The notes below the pieces were generated by a model. That model saw only the letters and a program-made list of their open reading frames with translations, made no database searches and had not been told where the DNA came from. From Cyanobacteria bacterium P01_D01_bin.156 (GTDB lineage: Bacteria > Cyanobacteriota > Cyanobacteriia > Phormidesmidales > Phormidesmidaceae), in the NCBI GenBank assembly GCA_039024555.1, contig JBCCQQ010000031.1:1-64000 (forward strand): a stretch of 64,000 nt of DNA, read 5' to 3'. Below, piece after piece: positions 41,713 to 51,554 of the stretch (its first letter is position 1; every line of letters begins with the position of its first letter). A program made the position numbers and the translations under genes.

Positions 41713-42807
41713 ATGAATATGTCAACGAGACAGACTACTGTGTCCCACACACCCAACTCCTTTGCCTCCAAAGTGGCCATTCGTCGTGCTCCCATTAACC
41801 CCAACCACTGGTACGTCGTTGCTCAGGCTAATGAACTAACGAATAAGCCCCTGGGCATCGTGCTGTGGCACCAGCAAATTGTTCTGTATCGAGACAGCAA
41901 TCTCACCATTCATGCCCTTGAAGATCGCTGCCCCCATCGTCAGGTGCGTCTCAGTCATGGTCAGGTGCAGGGCAATCAATTGGAATGTGTCTACCACGGC
42001 TGGCAGTTTGACGGTGACGGTACCTGTGTCGATGTACCCTATCTAAACGAAAACCAAAAGTTGCCCACATGTCGTTTACGAACCTATCCAATACGAGAAC
42101 AGGATGGCTTTATCTGGTTATTTCCAGGGGATGCCGCTCTGGCCGATAGCGTTCCCCTGATGGGACTACCAGAGTGGGATCACATTAATTACATTGCCTC
42201 TTTCACCACCATTGATACCCAGGCTCACTTTTCATTTCTGATCGAGAACCTGATGGACATGTACCATGGGCGGTTACACAATAACCTCCAAGCCTGGGCC
42301 AATCCAGTTCTCCGAGATATTGAGACTAGCCCCAATCGGGTTGATGCTCACTACGATGCTGAAAGCTACTACAAAATCGACAAGATCTATTCTGTGGGTC
42401 AGTTATTTATTCCGGCCATGCGTCAGCTGCGACCCACTAACCTTGATGTGAGCTATGTTTATCCCCACTGGCAATCTGTTCTAGGAAAGGACTTCAAAAT
42501 TTACTGTTTGTTTTCTCCTGTTAGTGAAAATCGTACCCGCGCCTATCTGGTACATTTTGTTTCCCTGGGCGCATTTCATCGACTACACAAGCTACCGATG
42601 CGCTTTCGACGATTTGTTAAAAACAGTTTGTTTAATGCCGCACGAGGGTTGTTAGCGGGGCTAGTGGACCAGGATGTTTTAATGATGGAAGATGAACAGC
42701 GGGCTTTTGATGCTGTCCCCCACCGCAAAGGGCCAGAGTACAATCAGGCTGTCCTCAAGGTGCAACAGTTGATTAGAGAACAAAGTCAAAGTTCCTCTGA
42801 GAACTAA
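41713..42807 (+). CDS. Rieske non-heme iron oxygenase (possible CruH-like carotenoid oxygenase)
   Basis: DRCPHR..ECVYHGW Rieske motif; ENLMDMYHGRLH mononuclear iron motif. Confidence 0.85.
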   Translation: MNMSTRQTTVSHTPNSFASKVAIRRAPINPNHWYVVAQANELTNKPLGIVLWHQQIVLYRDSNLTIHALEDRCPHRQVRLSHGQVQGNQLECVYHGWQFDGDGTCVDVPYLNENQKLPTCRLRTYPIREQDGFIWLFPGDAALADSVPLMGLPEWDHINYIASFTTIDTQAHFSFLIENLMDMYHGRLHNNLQAWANPVLRDIETSPNRVDAHYDAESYYKIDKIYSVGQLFIPAMRQLRPTNLDVSYVYPHWQSVLGKDFKIYCLFSPVSENRTRAYLVHFVSLGAFHRLHKLPMRFRRFVKNSLFNAARGLLAGLVDQDVLMMEDEQRAFDAVPHRKGPEYNQAVLKVQQLIREQSQSSSEN

Positions 42808-42813
42808 GGGGGT

Positions 42814-42893
42814 GGGAATTAGGAGTTAGGAAGTCGGAGTTAGGAATTAGGAATGCCAGTCTTTCCGACTTCCGAATTCTGACTTCCGGCTTC
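42814..42893. repeat. Heptamer (STRR-like) fold-back repeat
   Basis: ggaatta-ggagtta-ggaagtc-ggagtta-ggaatta ... ttccgac-ttccgaa-ttctgac-ttccggc. Confidence 0.8.
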
Positions 42894-43041
42894 TTGATAT
42901 GGTGATTAAAAGGAGGGGGACTTGATGTTCCACTGGTTAAAGATCTGTTCTTATGTCTTTGAAACTCGTTGTTGTTATGGTAGAGGAGTCTCTACAAAGA
43001 AATCTTCGATCTTTAGCGCTAGGTATCGATCTCCTTCTTGG

Positions 43042-44256
43042 GTGGTTTCTAATTTTGACGGGATAAAGTCTCTGGCAACGGGTTTACTCGTGGCAGTATT
43101 GGCGACCAGCTGTCGCCAAACACCTTCTGCGACTGCTGATTTGCCCGAGACGCAGGGGGGCAATTGTGTAGAAGAGTATGATCCGACAGTAGACTATTTC
43201 CCTACAAAGCTCTCTCTCAGCTATGCGTCAGGATTTGTGGTGGAGTACTCTAAGAACTATAAAGTTGTAACCGTAACGCAGCCTTGGCAAGACGCAAACG
43301 AGACCTTTGAATATGTATTGGTACAGTGTGGCACCCCGGAGCCTGAGGGGTTTGAAAATGCCCAGCTAATTCAGGTCCCCATCGATACTGTAGCCACGCT
43401 TTCCACTACCTATTTACCCCATTTAGAGGTACTAGAGCAGCTAGATGCACTGGTGGGGATGGACAATTTTAGTCTAGTTTATGCGCCTAAAATTCGAGCC
43501 AAGATTGATGACGGAAAATTAATTGAGTTTCAGGCGGGTCAGACTCTCAACATTGAAGCCTTGTTAGTGAGCGATCCTGATTTAGTGATGACCTACGGTG
43601 CCGGAGATCCGGATACTGATAGCTATGGTCGCATGATCCAGGCAGGGCTGCCAGTGGCAGTCGTGGGAGACTATGTGGAAACATCTCCTTTGGGACGGGC
43701 AGAGTGGTTAAAATTTACAGCATTATTTTTTAATCAAGAGGCTGAAGCACAACAGATTTTTGCAGAAATTTCTGACGAGTATGGGGCGTTGGTCGCACTC
43801 ACTGATAACCTAGCAGAACAACCGACGGTCTTTGCTGGCTTTAGCTATGAGGGTACCTGGTATATGTCTGGAGGAAAAAGCTATGCGGCTCAGCTACTAC
43901 GAGATGCGGGGGGAGACTATCTGTGGCAGAACAATAACTCTACAGTAACCATCCCATTAGATTTTGAATCGGTGGTGGACCAGGCGGCAGATGCCGAGAT
44001 CTGGGTGAATGTGAGTCAGGATTGGCAGAGTTATGGGGATGCGATCGCAACCGACCCCAGGTATGGCAGCTTTAGCGCCTTTAAGCAAGACAGTATCTAT
44101 AACAACCACGCCCGCATGAATGCATTTGGCGGTAACGACTATTGGGAAAGTGGAGCCATGAACCCCCACCTGATTCTGGCGGACCTGGTGAAGATTTTTC
44201 ATCCGGAGCTGTTACCCGACCATGAACTGGTCTACTACCAAAAGCTAGAGCCATAA
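43042..44256 (+). CDS. Iron-siderophore/cobalamin ABC substrate-binding lipoprotein
   Basis: Lipobox LATSC, ETSPLGRAEWLKF, NDYWESGAMNPHLILADL; start uncertain (GTG 43042; frame open from 42922). Confidence 0.85.
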   Translation: MVSNFDGIKSLATGLLVAVLATSCRQTPSATADLPETQGGNCVEEYDPTVDYFPTKLSLSYASGFVVEYSKNYKVVTVTQPWQDANETFEYVLVQCGTPEPEGFENAQLIQVPIDTVATLSTTYLPHLEVLEQLDALVGMDNFSLVYAPKIRAKIDDGKLIEFQAGQTLNIEALLVSDPDLVMTYGAGDPDTDSYGRMIQAGLPVAVVGDYVETSPLGRAEWLKFTALFFNQEAEAQQIFAEISDEYGALVALTDNLAEQPTVFAGFSYEGTWYMSGGKSYAAQLLRDAGGDYLWQNNNSTVTIPLDFESVVDQAADAEIWVNVSQDWQSYGDAIATDPRYGSFSAFKQDSIYNNHARMNAFGGNDYWESGAMNPHLILADLVKIFHPELLPDHELVYYQKLEP

Positions 44257-44416
44257 ACGCTCCAATCCTGCTAGCCCAAGTGACGGACATCCACCTGCTG
44301 GCCCATTCACCATGCATTTGAGTTCCATTGCCACGGCTCGCCATTCAGTTGTTTGCAGGTGACCTGGCTAGAGTCGAGTATTTGACGCCCCCTCTCCAAG
44401 CCCACAAAACAAAACT

Positions 44417-45484
44417 ATGGCCAACAAAATTTACCCCCTAAATCCACCCCCCAACAAACCACCCAGGCTCCTTAAATGCCAGTCCATCGGCCACATTAGC
44501 GGCCTAACCCTCCTGACTCTGGCCCTCTGCATTACCTTTATTGTCAGCCTAGCCCTTGGCTCCGTTGCTATTCCCCCTAGTGAAGTGCTGAATGTGCTGT
44601 TTGGTGGCACTGCCACCAAACCCGCTTGGCAAGAGATTATCCTTAACTTTCGTCTCCCCCGCTCTTTAACAGCGATGGCAGCTGGGTCGGCACTGGCTAT
44701 GAGTGGTTTACAACTTCAGGCATTATTTCGCAACGCCCTAGCAGGACCGTCTGTTTTAGGCATTAATGCAGGGGCTAGTCTGGGGGCGGCTATGGTGGTA
44801 CTAACCGGTGGCGGTATGGGTTGGCTGGGTCAGCTGAGTGTTGTTGGTGCTGCTAGTTTGGGGGCTGCGATCTCAATGGTCCTTGTATTGGTGATGGCAC
44901 GCCAGGTGCGTAGTTCCCTGGGCCTGCTAATTTTTGGACTCATGTTGGGCTACATCACCACGGCATTGGTCACCATTTTGCTCCACTTTAGTCGTCAGGA
45001 ACAAACCCTGGCCTATCTTAACTGGACCTACGGTAGCTTTAGCGGAGTTACCTGGCAGCAAATGCCCTGGTTACTTTCAATAGTTGTCGTTGGTTTAGTC
45101 ATTTCCCAACTGTCTTGCAACCCCCTCAATCTGTTACTTCTGGGAGAAGAACAGGCTATGAGTCTAGGTCTTTCCATCGTTTTAGTACGCTGTTATCTAA
45201 TTTTTAGCGCCTCTCTTCTAGCCGGAGGAATCACCGCATTTTGTGGTCCCATCGCCTTTTTAGGGGTGGCAGTTCCCCACTTAGGGCGCAGTCTTTTTCG
45301 GACCCAGGACCATCGGTTGCTAGTACCAGTAGTCACTCTATTAGGCGCTTTGCTGGCCCTGGTGGCTAACACCATTGCTCAAATGCCCGGTAGCCAAACG
45401 GTGTTGCCCCTGAATGCGGTCATGGCCTTGTTGGGTGCACCGGTATTAATTTGGCTCATGCTCACACAGGGTAAACAACCCTAG
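44417..45484 (+). CDS. FecCD/BtuC-family ABC permease
   Basis: FRLPRSL, LQALFRNALAGPSVLGINAGA, GEEQAMSLG, GPIAFLGVAVPH. Confidence 0.92.
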   Translation: MANKIYPLNPPPNKPPRLLKCQSIGHISGLTLLTLALCITFIVSLALGSVAIPPSEVLNVLFGGTATKPAWQEIILNFRLPRSLTAMAAGSALAMSGLQLQALFRNALAGPSVLGINAGASLGAAMVVLTGGGMGWLGQLSVVGAASLGAAISMVLVLVMARQVRSSLGLLIFGLMLGYITTALVTILLHFSRQEQTLAYLNWTYGSFSGVTWQQMPWLLSIVVVGLVISQLSCNPLNLLLLGEEQAMSLGLSIVLVRCYLIFSASLLAGGITAFCGPIAFLGVAVPHLGRSLFRTQDHRLLVPVVTLLGALLALVANTIAQMPGSQTVLPLNAVMALLGAPVLIWLMLTQGKQP

Positions 45485-45567
45485 CTGCAGCTTAAACACG
45501 GTAATCACTACTCACGATTTCCCACTCATTCCGTCTCAACCCTAATTTTAGCTGCTTTGACGCTGTA

Positions 45568-46605
45568 CTAGATATCATTGCTTTCTGCACGCCGAATCAT
45601 CTGCATAACATATTTATTTTGATTGATACTCTTAATGTCTATATCTGGATATTGTTTTCTAAAAACCCGAAAAACTTCATCCGCAAACGCTTGGCCAATA
45701 GAGTCCACTTCACTAAAGTCAAAAACAACCACCTTAAATTTGTTGACTCTTGCTAGCAACCTTTTAGCTTGTGAACGAGATACCAATTTTTCATCCCCAT
45801 ATTGGGTTAAGCGAACGGGCACCACTGTTTTGGTAAATGCGTAGTCATCACCCGATGAGAAAAGGTCAAATATCTTCCTGTCGGTTCTTGAAGTTGTATT
45901 GCTCAATTTCATAAAAACAGTCGTACTAGACTGACCAGTGTCGTTCTCAAAGATCCAATCTTCAACCTTATTAAATTCGTGAGAGAAATATACAATTCCA
46001 GAGAGAATCGCGAATGAATCAAACATGCGCGATGTAAAAAAAATTCCCTGACCACTGTGACGTTTTGGGTCTGTTGTCAGTTTGCCTTTAGCAAGTTCAA
46101 GAACAGAATGCCTCTGATCGTGTAGATTTAATTCTCTCTGGATTTTTTTGAATATGCCTTCACCATCATCACTGATAATAATTTCTGTATCAGTGGCAGT
46201 TTTCTCTACTTTGACAGTTATCGTTTTTCCAGATGAGTGATCGATGGCATTGTTAAACATTTCAGAAAATCCATACCACCAAATGTCTTTCACATTGCCG
46301 GGCAAATTCACTACCAGAGGTCTAATATCAACATCCCAAACAATATCTTCCGTCAGATCAGGGTCTAGCGCGTAGTTTTTCAGCCACGCAGATTGCGACC
46401 TCAGATAGTAACGCTTACTCCTTGTAGAGCCTTCTACGACTACTAGCTTCTGCTCAATAAGTTGTTTAATATGCTTATTAATGGCCTGTCGAGTAATCCC
46501 AAACTCATCAGCTGCCAGGACCGCTATCTGTTCTGGGTATTCGTTGACATTATTTAGAATAAACTGACGAATTAATTCACTACGTTTACGGATTTTTTTG
46601 GCCAC
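45568..46605 (-). CDS. HTH-HATPase-STAS-like (DUF4325-type) protein
   Basis: N-terminal HTH (FGITRQAINKHIKQL), EMFNNAIDHS/ISDDGEGI/HSGQGIFF HATPase motifs, C-terminal LVSRSQAKRLL..FDFSEVDSIGQAFADEVF. Confidence 0.8.
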   Translation of the reverse strand: MAKKIRKRSELIRQFILNNVNEYPEQIAVLAADEFGITRQAINKHIKQLIEQKLVVVEGSTRSKRYYLRSQSAWLKNYALDPDLTEDIVWDVDIRPLVVNLPGNVKDIWWYGFSEMFNNAIDHSSGKTITVKVEKTATDTEIIISDDGEGIFKKIQRELNLHDQRHSVLELAKGKLTTDPKRHSGQGIFFTSRMFDSFAILSGIVYFSHEFNKVEDWIFENDTGQSSTTVFMKLSNTTSRTDRKIFDLFSSGDDYAFTKTVVPVRLTQYGDEKLVSRSQAKRLLARVNKFKVVVFDFSEVDSIGQAFADEVFRVFRKQYPDIDIKSINQNKYVMQMIRRAESNDI

Positions 46606-46642
46606 TAAAATTATTCCAAGTTTTCAAAAGCCTCATTACGAT

Positions 46643-46674
46643 ATTGTCAACTTTAAGTATTTCATTGTCAACTT
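46643..46674. promoter_or_regulatory. Pair of 11-bp direct repeats (21-bp period) upstream of the HTH-HATPase gene
   Basis: attgtcaactt at 46643 and 46664; each reads TTGACA on the minus strand. Confidence 0.5.
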
Positions 46675-46781
46675 AAGAAAGTTTTTTAGGTCCGGGTTCA
46701 GAAGAAAATAGGGTGACCACACTTTCTTGATGCCAAAAAATAGAGCAGCTATTGAAAAAAGTTCTTGGAGAACACCCAATT

Positions 46782-47636
46782 TTACCTATCTTCTCCATTG
46801 GTATGTTTACTATGAAGTAAGCTTCCCATTCCAAAAAGACTCAGGAATCCTAAAACGATTCCTGGTTCAGGAACTGTTGCTACTGGTTCATCAATGGGAA
46901 GGGGAATAGGGTCAACAACAGGAGGATCTACTACTACCGGGTCGGCGGGAGGGTCAACAACTGGCTCAGTAGGGGGAGGCACTATGGGGTCGGGTGCAAC
47001 TAATCCCACACCACCCGGAGCAAAGTTAGGCCGCTGTCTGAGAAAGAATACGTCATTAGGGGCATTGTCTAGAACAACGTAGCGAAAGCCTACGGTTTCG
47101 TTTGGATTGACCACCCCACCGGAAAAATTAACAAAATCTCGTACGTCGGTGACTTCATCCACTACCGAAAAAGCATTGGATGTAAAGGGTCTGAATTCAG
47201 GGATATTTTGAGCAAACGACAAACCATCTTCTTCAGGGCTAGGGGTTCCCAACTGTTCTTGAAGCTCGTGGTCAAAAAAGACCCAGGGAGTATCTGTCCG
47301 ATTGGTCAGGATTGATTCAAATCTAAAGCCAATAAAACCCGACCCGCGTAATCCGCTGATGGACATAAACAGGTCAATGTCAGGACCGGTCACATCCTGG
47401 AAAATACGAAAACCGCCGAGAATACCTTCTCCTCCGGTAATCGTAAAATCACCGGCGGCTTCGCTAAATGAAAATCCGCCCAGAGAAAATGTGGCTGCTT
47501 GAGCGGGAGTGCTTAGTACTCCAAAAGCTAAAGAGACGGCAATCGGAACTCCCCAACTCCACACAAGAGAGATACTGTGGAGCTGTAGTGCACTGGTCAG
47601 GTCCGAATTTGCTGAAATTCTATTAGATTGATTCAT
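46782..47636 (-). CDS. PEP-CTERM sorting-domain surface protein
   Basis: Signal peptide ending in PAQA, Pro/Val/Asp-rich linker, VPEP followed by a TM helix. Confidence 0.85.
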   Translation of the reverse strand: MNQSNRISANSDLTSALQLHSISLVWSWGVPIAVSLAFGVLSTPAQAATFSLGGFSFSEAAGDFTITGGEGILGGFRIFQDVTGPDIDLFMSISGLRGSGFIGFRFESILTNRTDTPWVFFDHELQEQLGTPSPEEDGLSFAQNIPEFRPFTSNAFSVVDEVTDVRDFVNFSGGVVNPNETVGFRYVVLDNAPNDVFFLRQRPNFAPGGVGLVAPDPIVPPPTEPVVDPPADPVVVDPPVVDPIPLPIDEPVATVPEPGIVLGFLSLFGMGSLLHSKHTNGEDR

Positions 47637-47860
47637 TCTCTAAATCAGCAACGGCAAAAAAGAAAAACCCTGTCCCCTTGTTAGTCTAGCCAACCAAATT
47701 TAAATCGCGACAATTTTTGTTGAAATTAGATTTTCTTAATCTTTTTAAGAACGGCAATTATTCTCGCAGAACCAATTATGATTCCCAAATCTTGTTGGGA
47801 ATTGAGGACAAAAATGATTTGAATTATGAAATTTTGGAGACTGCTGAGTCCAGCCTGTCT

Positions 47861-48730
47861 TTACTGCTCTAACCCATTCTGCAAAAACTTAAGAAAGGTC
47901 TGTACCTTAGCCGTGTGGTGCAAATCAACATGGGTTACGAGCCAGAATGAGAGATCCCATTCATCCTGATGTGGCCAGATTTCAATTAAATCAGGGTATG
48001 CATTGCCTCTAAAAGCGGCTATGAAACCGATACCTGTTCCTGATATTACTGCCTGCTCTAACACAAGGGCACTGTTACTTCGGAAAATAATATTGCGTTC
48101 GGGAATATGAGCGCGTAGCCAGAGATTAAAGCTTGCTCGGAAGCTTGGGTTTGCAAACCCTACAAAACTATGGTTTGTAAAATCATCCAGGGTTTGCGGA
48201 CTGCCATGGCGAGAAATGTAGTCTGTGCTAGCGTATAATCCCATTTTCAGTTTGGGAAAAGGCTGAATAACATTGTCTGGGTTCTCCGGTTGGGGACCCC
48301 CGCGTATAGCCACATGAGCTTCCCCATATTCCAGCTGAAAGATGCGATCGCTAACCATATAGCGCACAACAATGTTCGGATGTTGGGCCTGAAAAGCTTT
48401 TAGGATTGGCATCAACATCGGTGCGACGACATACAAAGACGTCACCACAAATTCCCCAGATAATTCTCTTGTCCGCCCTTTGGTACGTCCTACCAGTTGA
48501 CCAAACTGTTCATCAGTGGTCTTGGCCACCCGCATCAAATCTAATCCCACCTCTGTTGGCGTATATCCACGCGAGTGGCGCTGAAAAAGTTTTTCACCTA
48601 GAACATCCTCTAGCGCATCGATATGGCGGATAACAGTTGCCCGGTGGACGCCCAGATACTCGGCTGCCGCACTCACAGTTCCTAACCTTGCAACCTGATA
48701 GGCCGTTCTGATCTCATTCCAACTGTCCAT
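47861..48730 (-). CDS. LysR family transcriptional regulator
   Basis: GTVSAAAEYLGVHRATVIRHIDALEDVLGEKLF HTH plus substrate-binding domain. Confidence 0.94.
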   Translation of the reverse strand: MDSWNEIRTAYQVARLGTVSAAAEYLGVHRATVIRHIDALEDVLGEKLFQRHSRGYTPTEVGLDLMRVAKTTDEQFGQLVGRTKGRTRELSGEFVVTSLYVVAPMLMPILKAFQAQHPNIVVRYMVSDRIFQLEYGEAHVAIRGGPQPENPDNVIQPFPKLKMGLYASTDYISRHGSPQTLDDFTNHSFVGFANPSFRASFNLWLRAHIPERNIIFRSNSALVLEQAVISGTGIGFIAAFRGNAYPDLIEIWPHQDEWDLSFWLVTHVDLHHTAKVQTFLKFLQNGLEQ

Positions 48731-48738
48731 ACATTAAC

Positions 48739-48766
48739 TGTGCATAAACGCACATCTAGTGTGCGT
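48739..48766. promoter_or_regulatory. Overlapping dyads, candidate LysR operator
   Basis: tgtgc-ataaac-gcaca and acgcaca-tctag-tgtgcgt, immediately upstream of lysR in a divergent region. Confidence 0.45.
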
Positions 48767-48943
48767 ATTAATGTAATTTACAGCATTTTTGCGGCATGTA
48801 ATGATGCTATTGCCACGTGGCATAGGGATTATGTCAAATACGATCGTCGCCGTGGGCAAATCACGGCTAATAAGAATGGGTTGTCGTTGCTGATCTTCAG
48901 GATGGTTGTAATCGATTGACCGCTTTTCTAGGAAAGATTATTC

Positions 48944-49393
48944 ATGCCCCAACTTAGCCCAAAAACAACACATACGCTTCTGAAAATCTCCGCCATTCTT
49001 TGGGTGATTTGGGGCATTGTCCATGCCTTAGCTGGGATTCTGACTATCTCTGGTGACACAGCGACCGCAGTCTCTGGCATTGCCGATGGCGTGGACCCTG
49101 CTTTATTAGCAATAGATTATCCCGATGCTGCTGGTGGAATTATTAATCAGCATGGCTTTAATTTGCTTTGGGGTGGCGTTGTGACAATTATCGGTGGTGT
49201 ATTGATATGGCGTGGGAGTATTGCTGCCATATTTGTCTCAGCCCTGGTTGGTGGTCTACTCGACGTCGGATATTTCATATTTATTGACCTGGGTGGCTAC
49301 AACAACTTTGTACCTGGAACTGTGATGACTATCATCTCTGCCTTGGCAATTACATTGAGTTTTTATGCCTATTTCCAACGCGAGCAACTTTAA
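48944..49393 (+). CDS. Four-TM membrane protein, probable LysR target
   Basis: Hydrophobic helices; divergent from lysR. Confidence 0.8.
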   Translation: MPQLSPKTTHTLLKISAILWVIWGIVHALAGILTISGDTATAVSGIADGVDPALLAIDYPDAAGGIINQHGFNLLWGGVVTIIGGVLIWRGSIAAIFVSALVGGLLDVGYFIFIDLGGYNNFVPGTVMTIISALAITLSFYAYFQREQL

Positions 49394-49434
49394 CTCGTAT
49401 CTTGGCACCGTCCTAACAAAACCGGCGGCTATCT

Positions 49435-50334
49435 CTAAATCTTTAAGGACTCCAGGGCCTCTTCTAGCTGAATGGTCAGTCGTTCTAGCGTCTTTTCCGA
49501 ACTCAGACAGGGCTGAACCGTCTGAATTAGGTTCAACAGACTATCGGTTGTTGACTCTGTTAAAACCTTAGAAGGATTATGTGCTAGCGTTTGCTGGAGC
49601 TTTTGAGACCATAGCCAGCTGGCCTGAAGTGAAGAGCGTATGCCCCTGGCATAGTTGGGATATTCCGCTAGGGGGAATAGTTTCCAGGGACGATAGGGGA
49701 CACCAATGGAGGCACACCAGTCTTTCCATTTAAACGGAAGAATTCTCGGACTGGTAATCACCGGAATCCAGGCTGTTCGCAGGGCATCTGCCACAATGGC
49801 TCCATGCATAGCCTCCGCCAGCAGCACCTCTGTGCCGCTAATGGCATCTAAAACGTGTTCGATAGGCCAGCGAGGATCGATGTAGCCAATGCCTGCCGTC
49901 TCACACAGGTGTTTCCAGGCTCCATCGGCAAAATTAGCGTGGTGCACGTGGGGCATAAACGCATAGTTCTGCTGTTTTTTGCTCTGGGGGGTAAAACAGC
50001 GCCGCACTAGGATGCCACCATCGGTAATCGCTTTTGATGCTGATATACCGAGACGTTGTGTGGAGAGGGGACCCCGCACACAAACAATATGCCAGTGAGG
50101 GGGAATCTGTTTAAGGCGCTGCTCATACCCTGCACCACTGCTAAAGATGACAAGCTTATGGGCATCGGTTGTGCGTTCTGGCAGACGATGGTTGAGTAGG
50201 GTACCGGTACCAATAAACTGAGTAGACTCATCCTCATCAAAAAAGTTTGGCAGCAGCTGGGGCCATAGCCAGGTATTGAGTTGATCGCCAAAGTTAGGCT
50301 GACCGTCTCGGCGACGGTAGTAAAAAATTTTCAT
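49435..50334 (-). CDS. Polysaccharide pyruvyl transferase (ExoV-like)
   Basis: NFGDQLN, VRGPLS, AEAMHGAIVADALR, FKWKDW. Confidence 0.88.
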   Translation of the reverse strand: MKIFYYRRRDGQPNFGDQLNTWLWPQLLPNFFDEDESTQFIGTGTLLNHRLPERTTDAHKLVIFSSGAGYEQRLKQIPPHWHIVCVRGPLSTQRLGISASKAITDGGILVRRCFTPQSKKQQNYAFMPHVHHANFADGAWKHLCETAGIGYIDPRWPIEHVLDAISGTEVLLAEAMHGAIVADALRTAWIPVITSPRILPFKWKDWCASIGVPYRPWKLFPLAEYPNYARGIRSSLQASWLWSQKLQQTLAHNPSKVLTESTTDSLLNLIQTVQPCLSSEKTLERLTIQLEEALESLKI

Positions 50335-50449
50335 ACCCTAACACCACACTGCTGCCATTGTAGGGGTTAGGAACCTGTAAAATGGCGAACCATAGGAGCA
50401 CCTACATGGTTTTCACAGTCTCTTGTTCTGTTGAATAAAGTGCTAACTA

Positions 50450-51502
50450 GTGAATGCGCCGCTGCCGCCCATCTATTTTTATATTCCCCCGTCGTTTTGG
50501 CCTGATGATTTGCCACACACCAGTGACGAAAACTGGGCAGGGTTTGGCCTGGGCATCTATGCCTGGACAGTGCAAACCTATCTAAAACTGCAAGACCGTG
50601 GAGTGGACTGCCAGCTTACAAACCAGCTGCCCGAGGAAGGCATTATTTTTTTTCATGCTAATGCTGCCCGTGGAGCCAAGATTTTCCCAAGCTCCCAGCG
50701 TTTGTTGATTTGTTTAAAGGCAGAATCTGTTGTCTGTGCCCAGGCCCAGCTCCATGTGGTGCAAAATCCTTGCGAGGTAGGCCAAGGGTGTCATTTTATT
50801 CCCCACTGGCCCCAGCCTGGTCTGAAGCCTCGGCCTCCGCAGAACCGATTTAAAACCATTTCATTTCTGGGCCACCGTCACAGCCTGGCTCCGGAACTGC
50901 TTGCACCGGACTGGCAAACTCAGCTGGAAAAACGGGGGCTGCAGTGGCGGCCAGTGATTAATACCAATCGGTGGAATGATGCCCAATCGGTTGATACCCG
51001 CTGGAATGATTATCAAACCATTGATGCCATCGTAGCGATTCGGCAGTTTAACCTCAAGCGCTCTGGCTATGGTCGCAAACCAGCGACCAAACTTTATAAT
51101 GCCTGGCTGGCTGGAGTGCCCGCTATTTTAGGTCGAGAACTGGCCTATCGTGCCGAAGGAACTGTCGGTGTGGATTATTTAGAAGCTAATTCTATGGCCG
51201 AACTGTTGACGTATATAGATCAGCTACAACAGAATCTAGAGCTGCGCAAAGCTTTAATAGAAGCAGGCTATAAACGTTCCCAATACTATACTTCTGCGGC
51301 CATTACCCAGCGTTGGCAACAGTTTTTAGATAATGTAGCGATTCCGGCCTACCATCGCTGGCGAGAATGTCACCCTTGGCAACGCCAGGTGCAGCAGTGG
51401 CAGGCAAGGTTATTAAATTATCGCGATCGCACCCGACGAAAACTGTCTATTAGAGCTTCAGCACCTATCAAATCAGTCGATAGAAACGGTCAAACTAGCT
51501 GA
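50450..51502 (+). CDS. Glycosyltransferase (GT-B-like)
   Basis: HWPQPGL, RKPATKLYNAWLAGVPAILG. Confidence 0.7.
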   Translation: MNAPLPPIYFYIPPSFWPDDLPHTSDENWAGFGLGIYAWTVQTYLKLQDRGVDCQLTNQLPEEGIIFFHANAARGAKIFPSSQRLLICLKAESVVCAQAQLHVVQNPCEVGQGCHFIPHWPQPGLKPRPPQNRFKTISFLGHRHSLAPELLAPDWQTQLEKRGLQWRPVINTNRWNDAQSVDTRWNDYQTIDAIVAIRQFNLKRSGYGRKPATKLYNAWLAGVPAILGRELAYRAEGTVGVDYLEANSMAELLTYIDQLQQNLELRKALIEAGYKRSQYYTSAAITQRWQQFLDNVAIPAYHRWRECHPWQRQVQQWQARLLNYRDRTRRKLSIRASAPIKSVDRNGQTS

Positions 51503-51554
51503 CTCCAGGAACTTCTGCCATCCATTAGAATTCAAAAAAGATTTCAAAACGACC

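Noticed and set aside
42894..43041. Cobalamin riboswitch upstream of the iron/B12 binding protein
   Set aside because: The conserved B12-element motifs could not be found by eye; an Rfam scan would settle it.
47627..48912. Composite transposon carrying lysR between MITE ends
   Set aside because: The remnants are a right end on the left side and a left end on the right side, so they do not enclose lysR, and there is no shared TSD.
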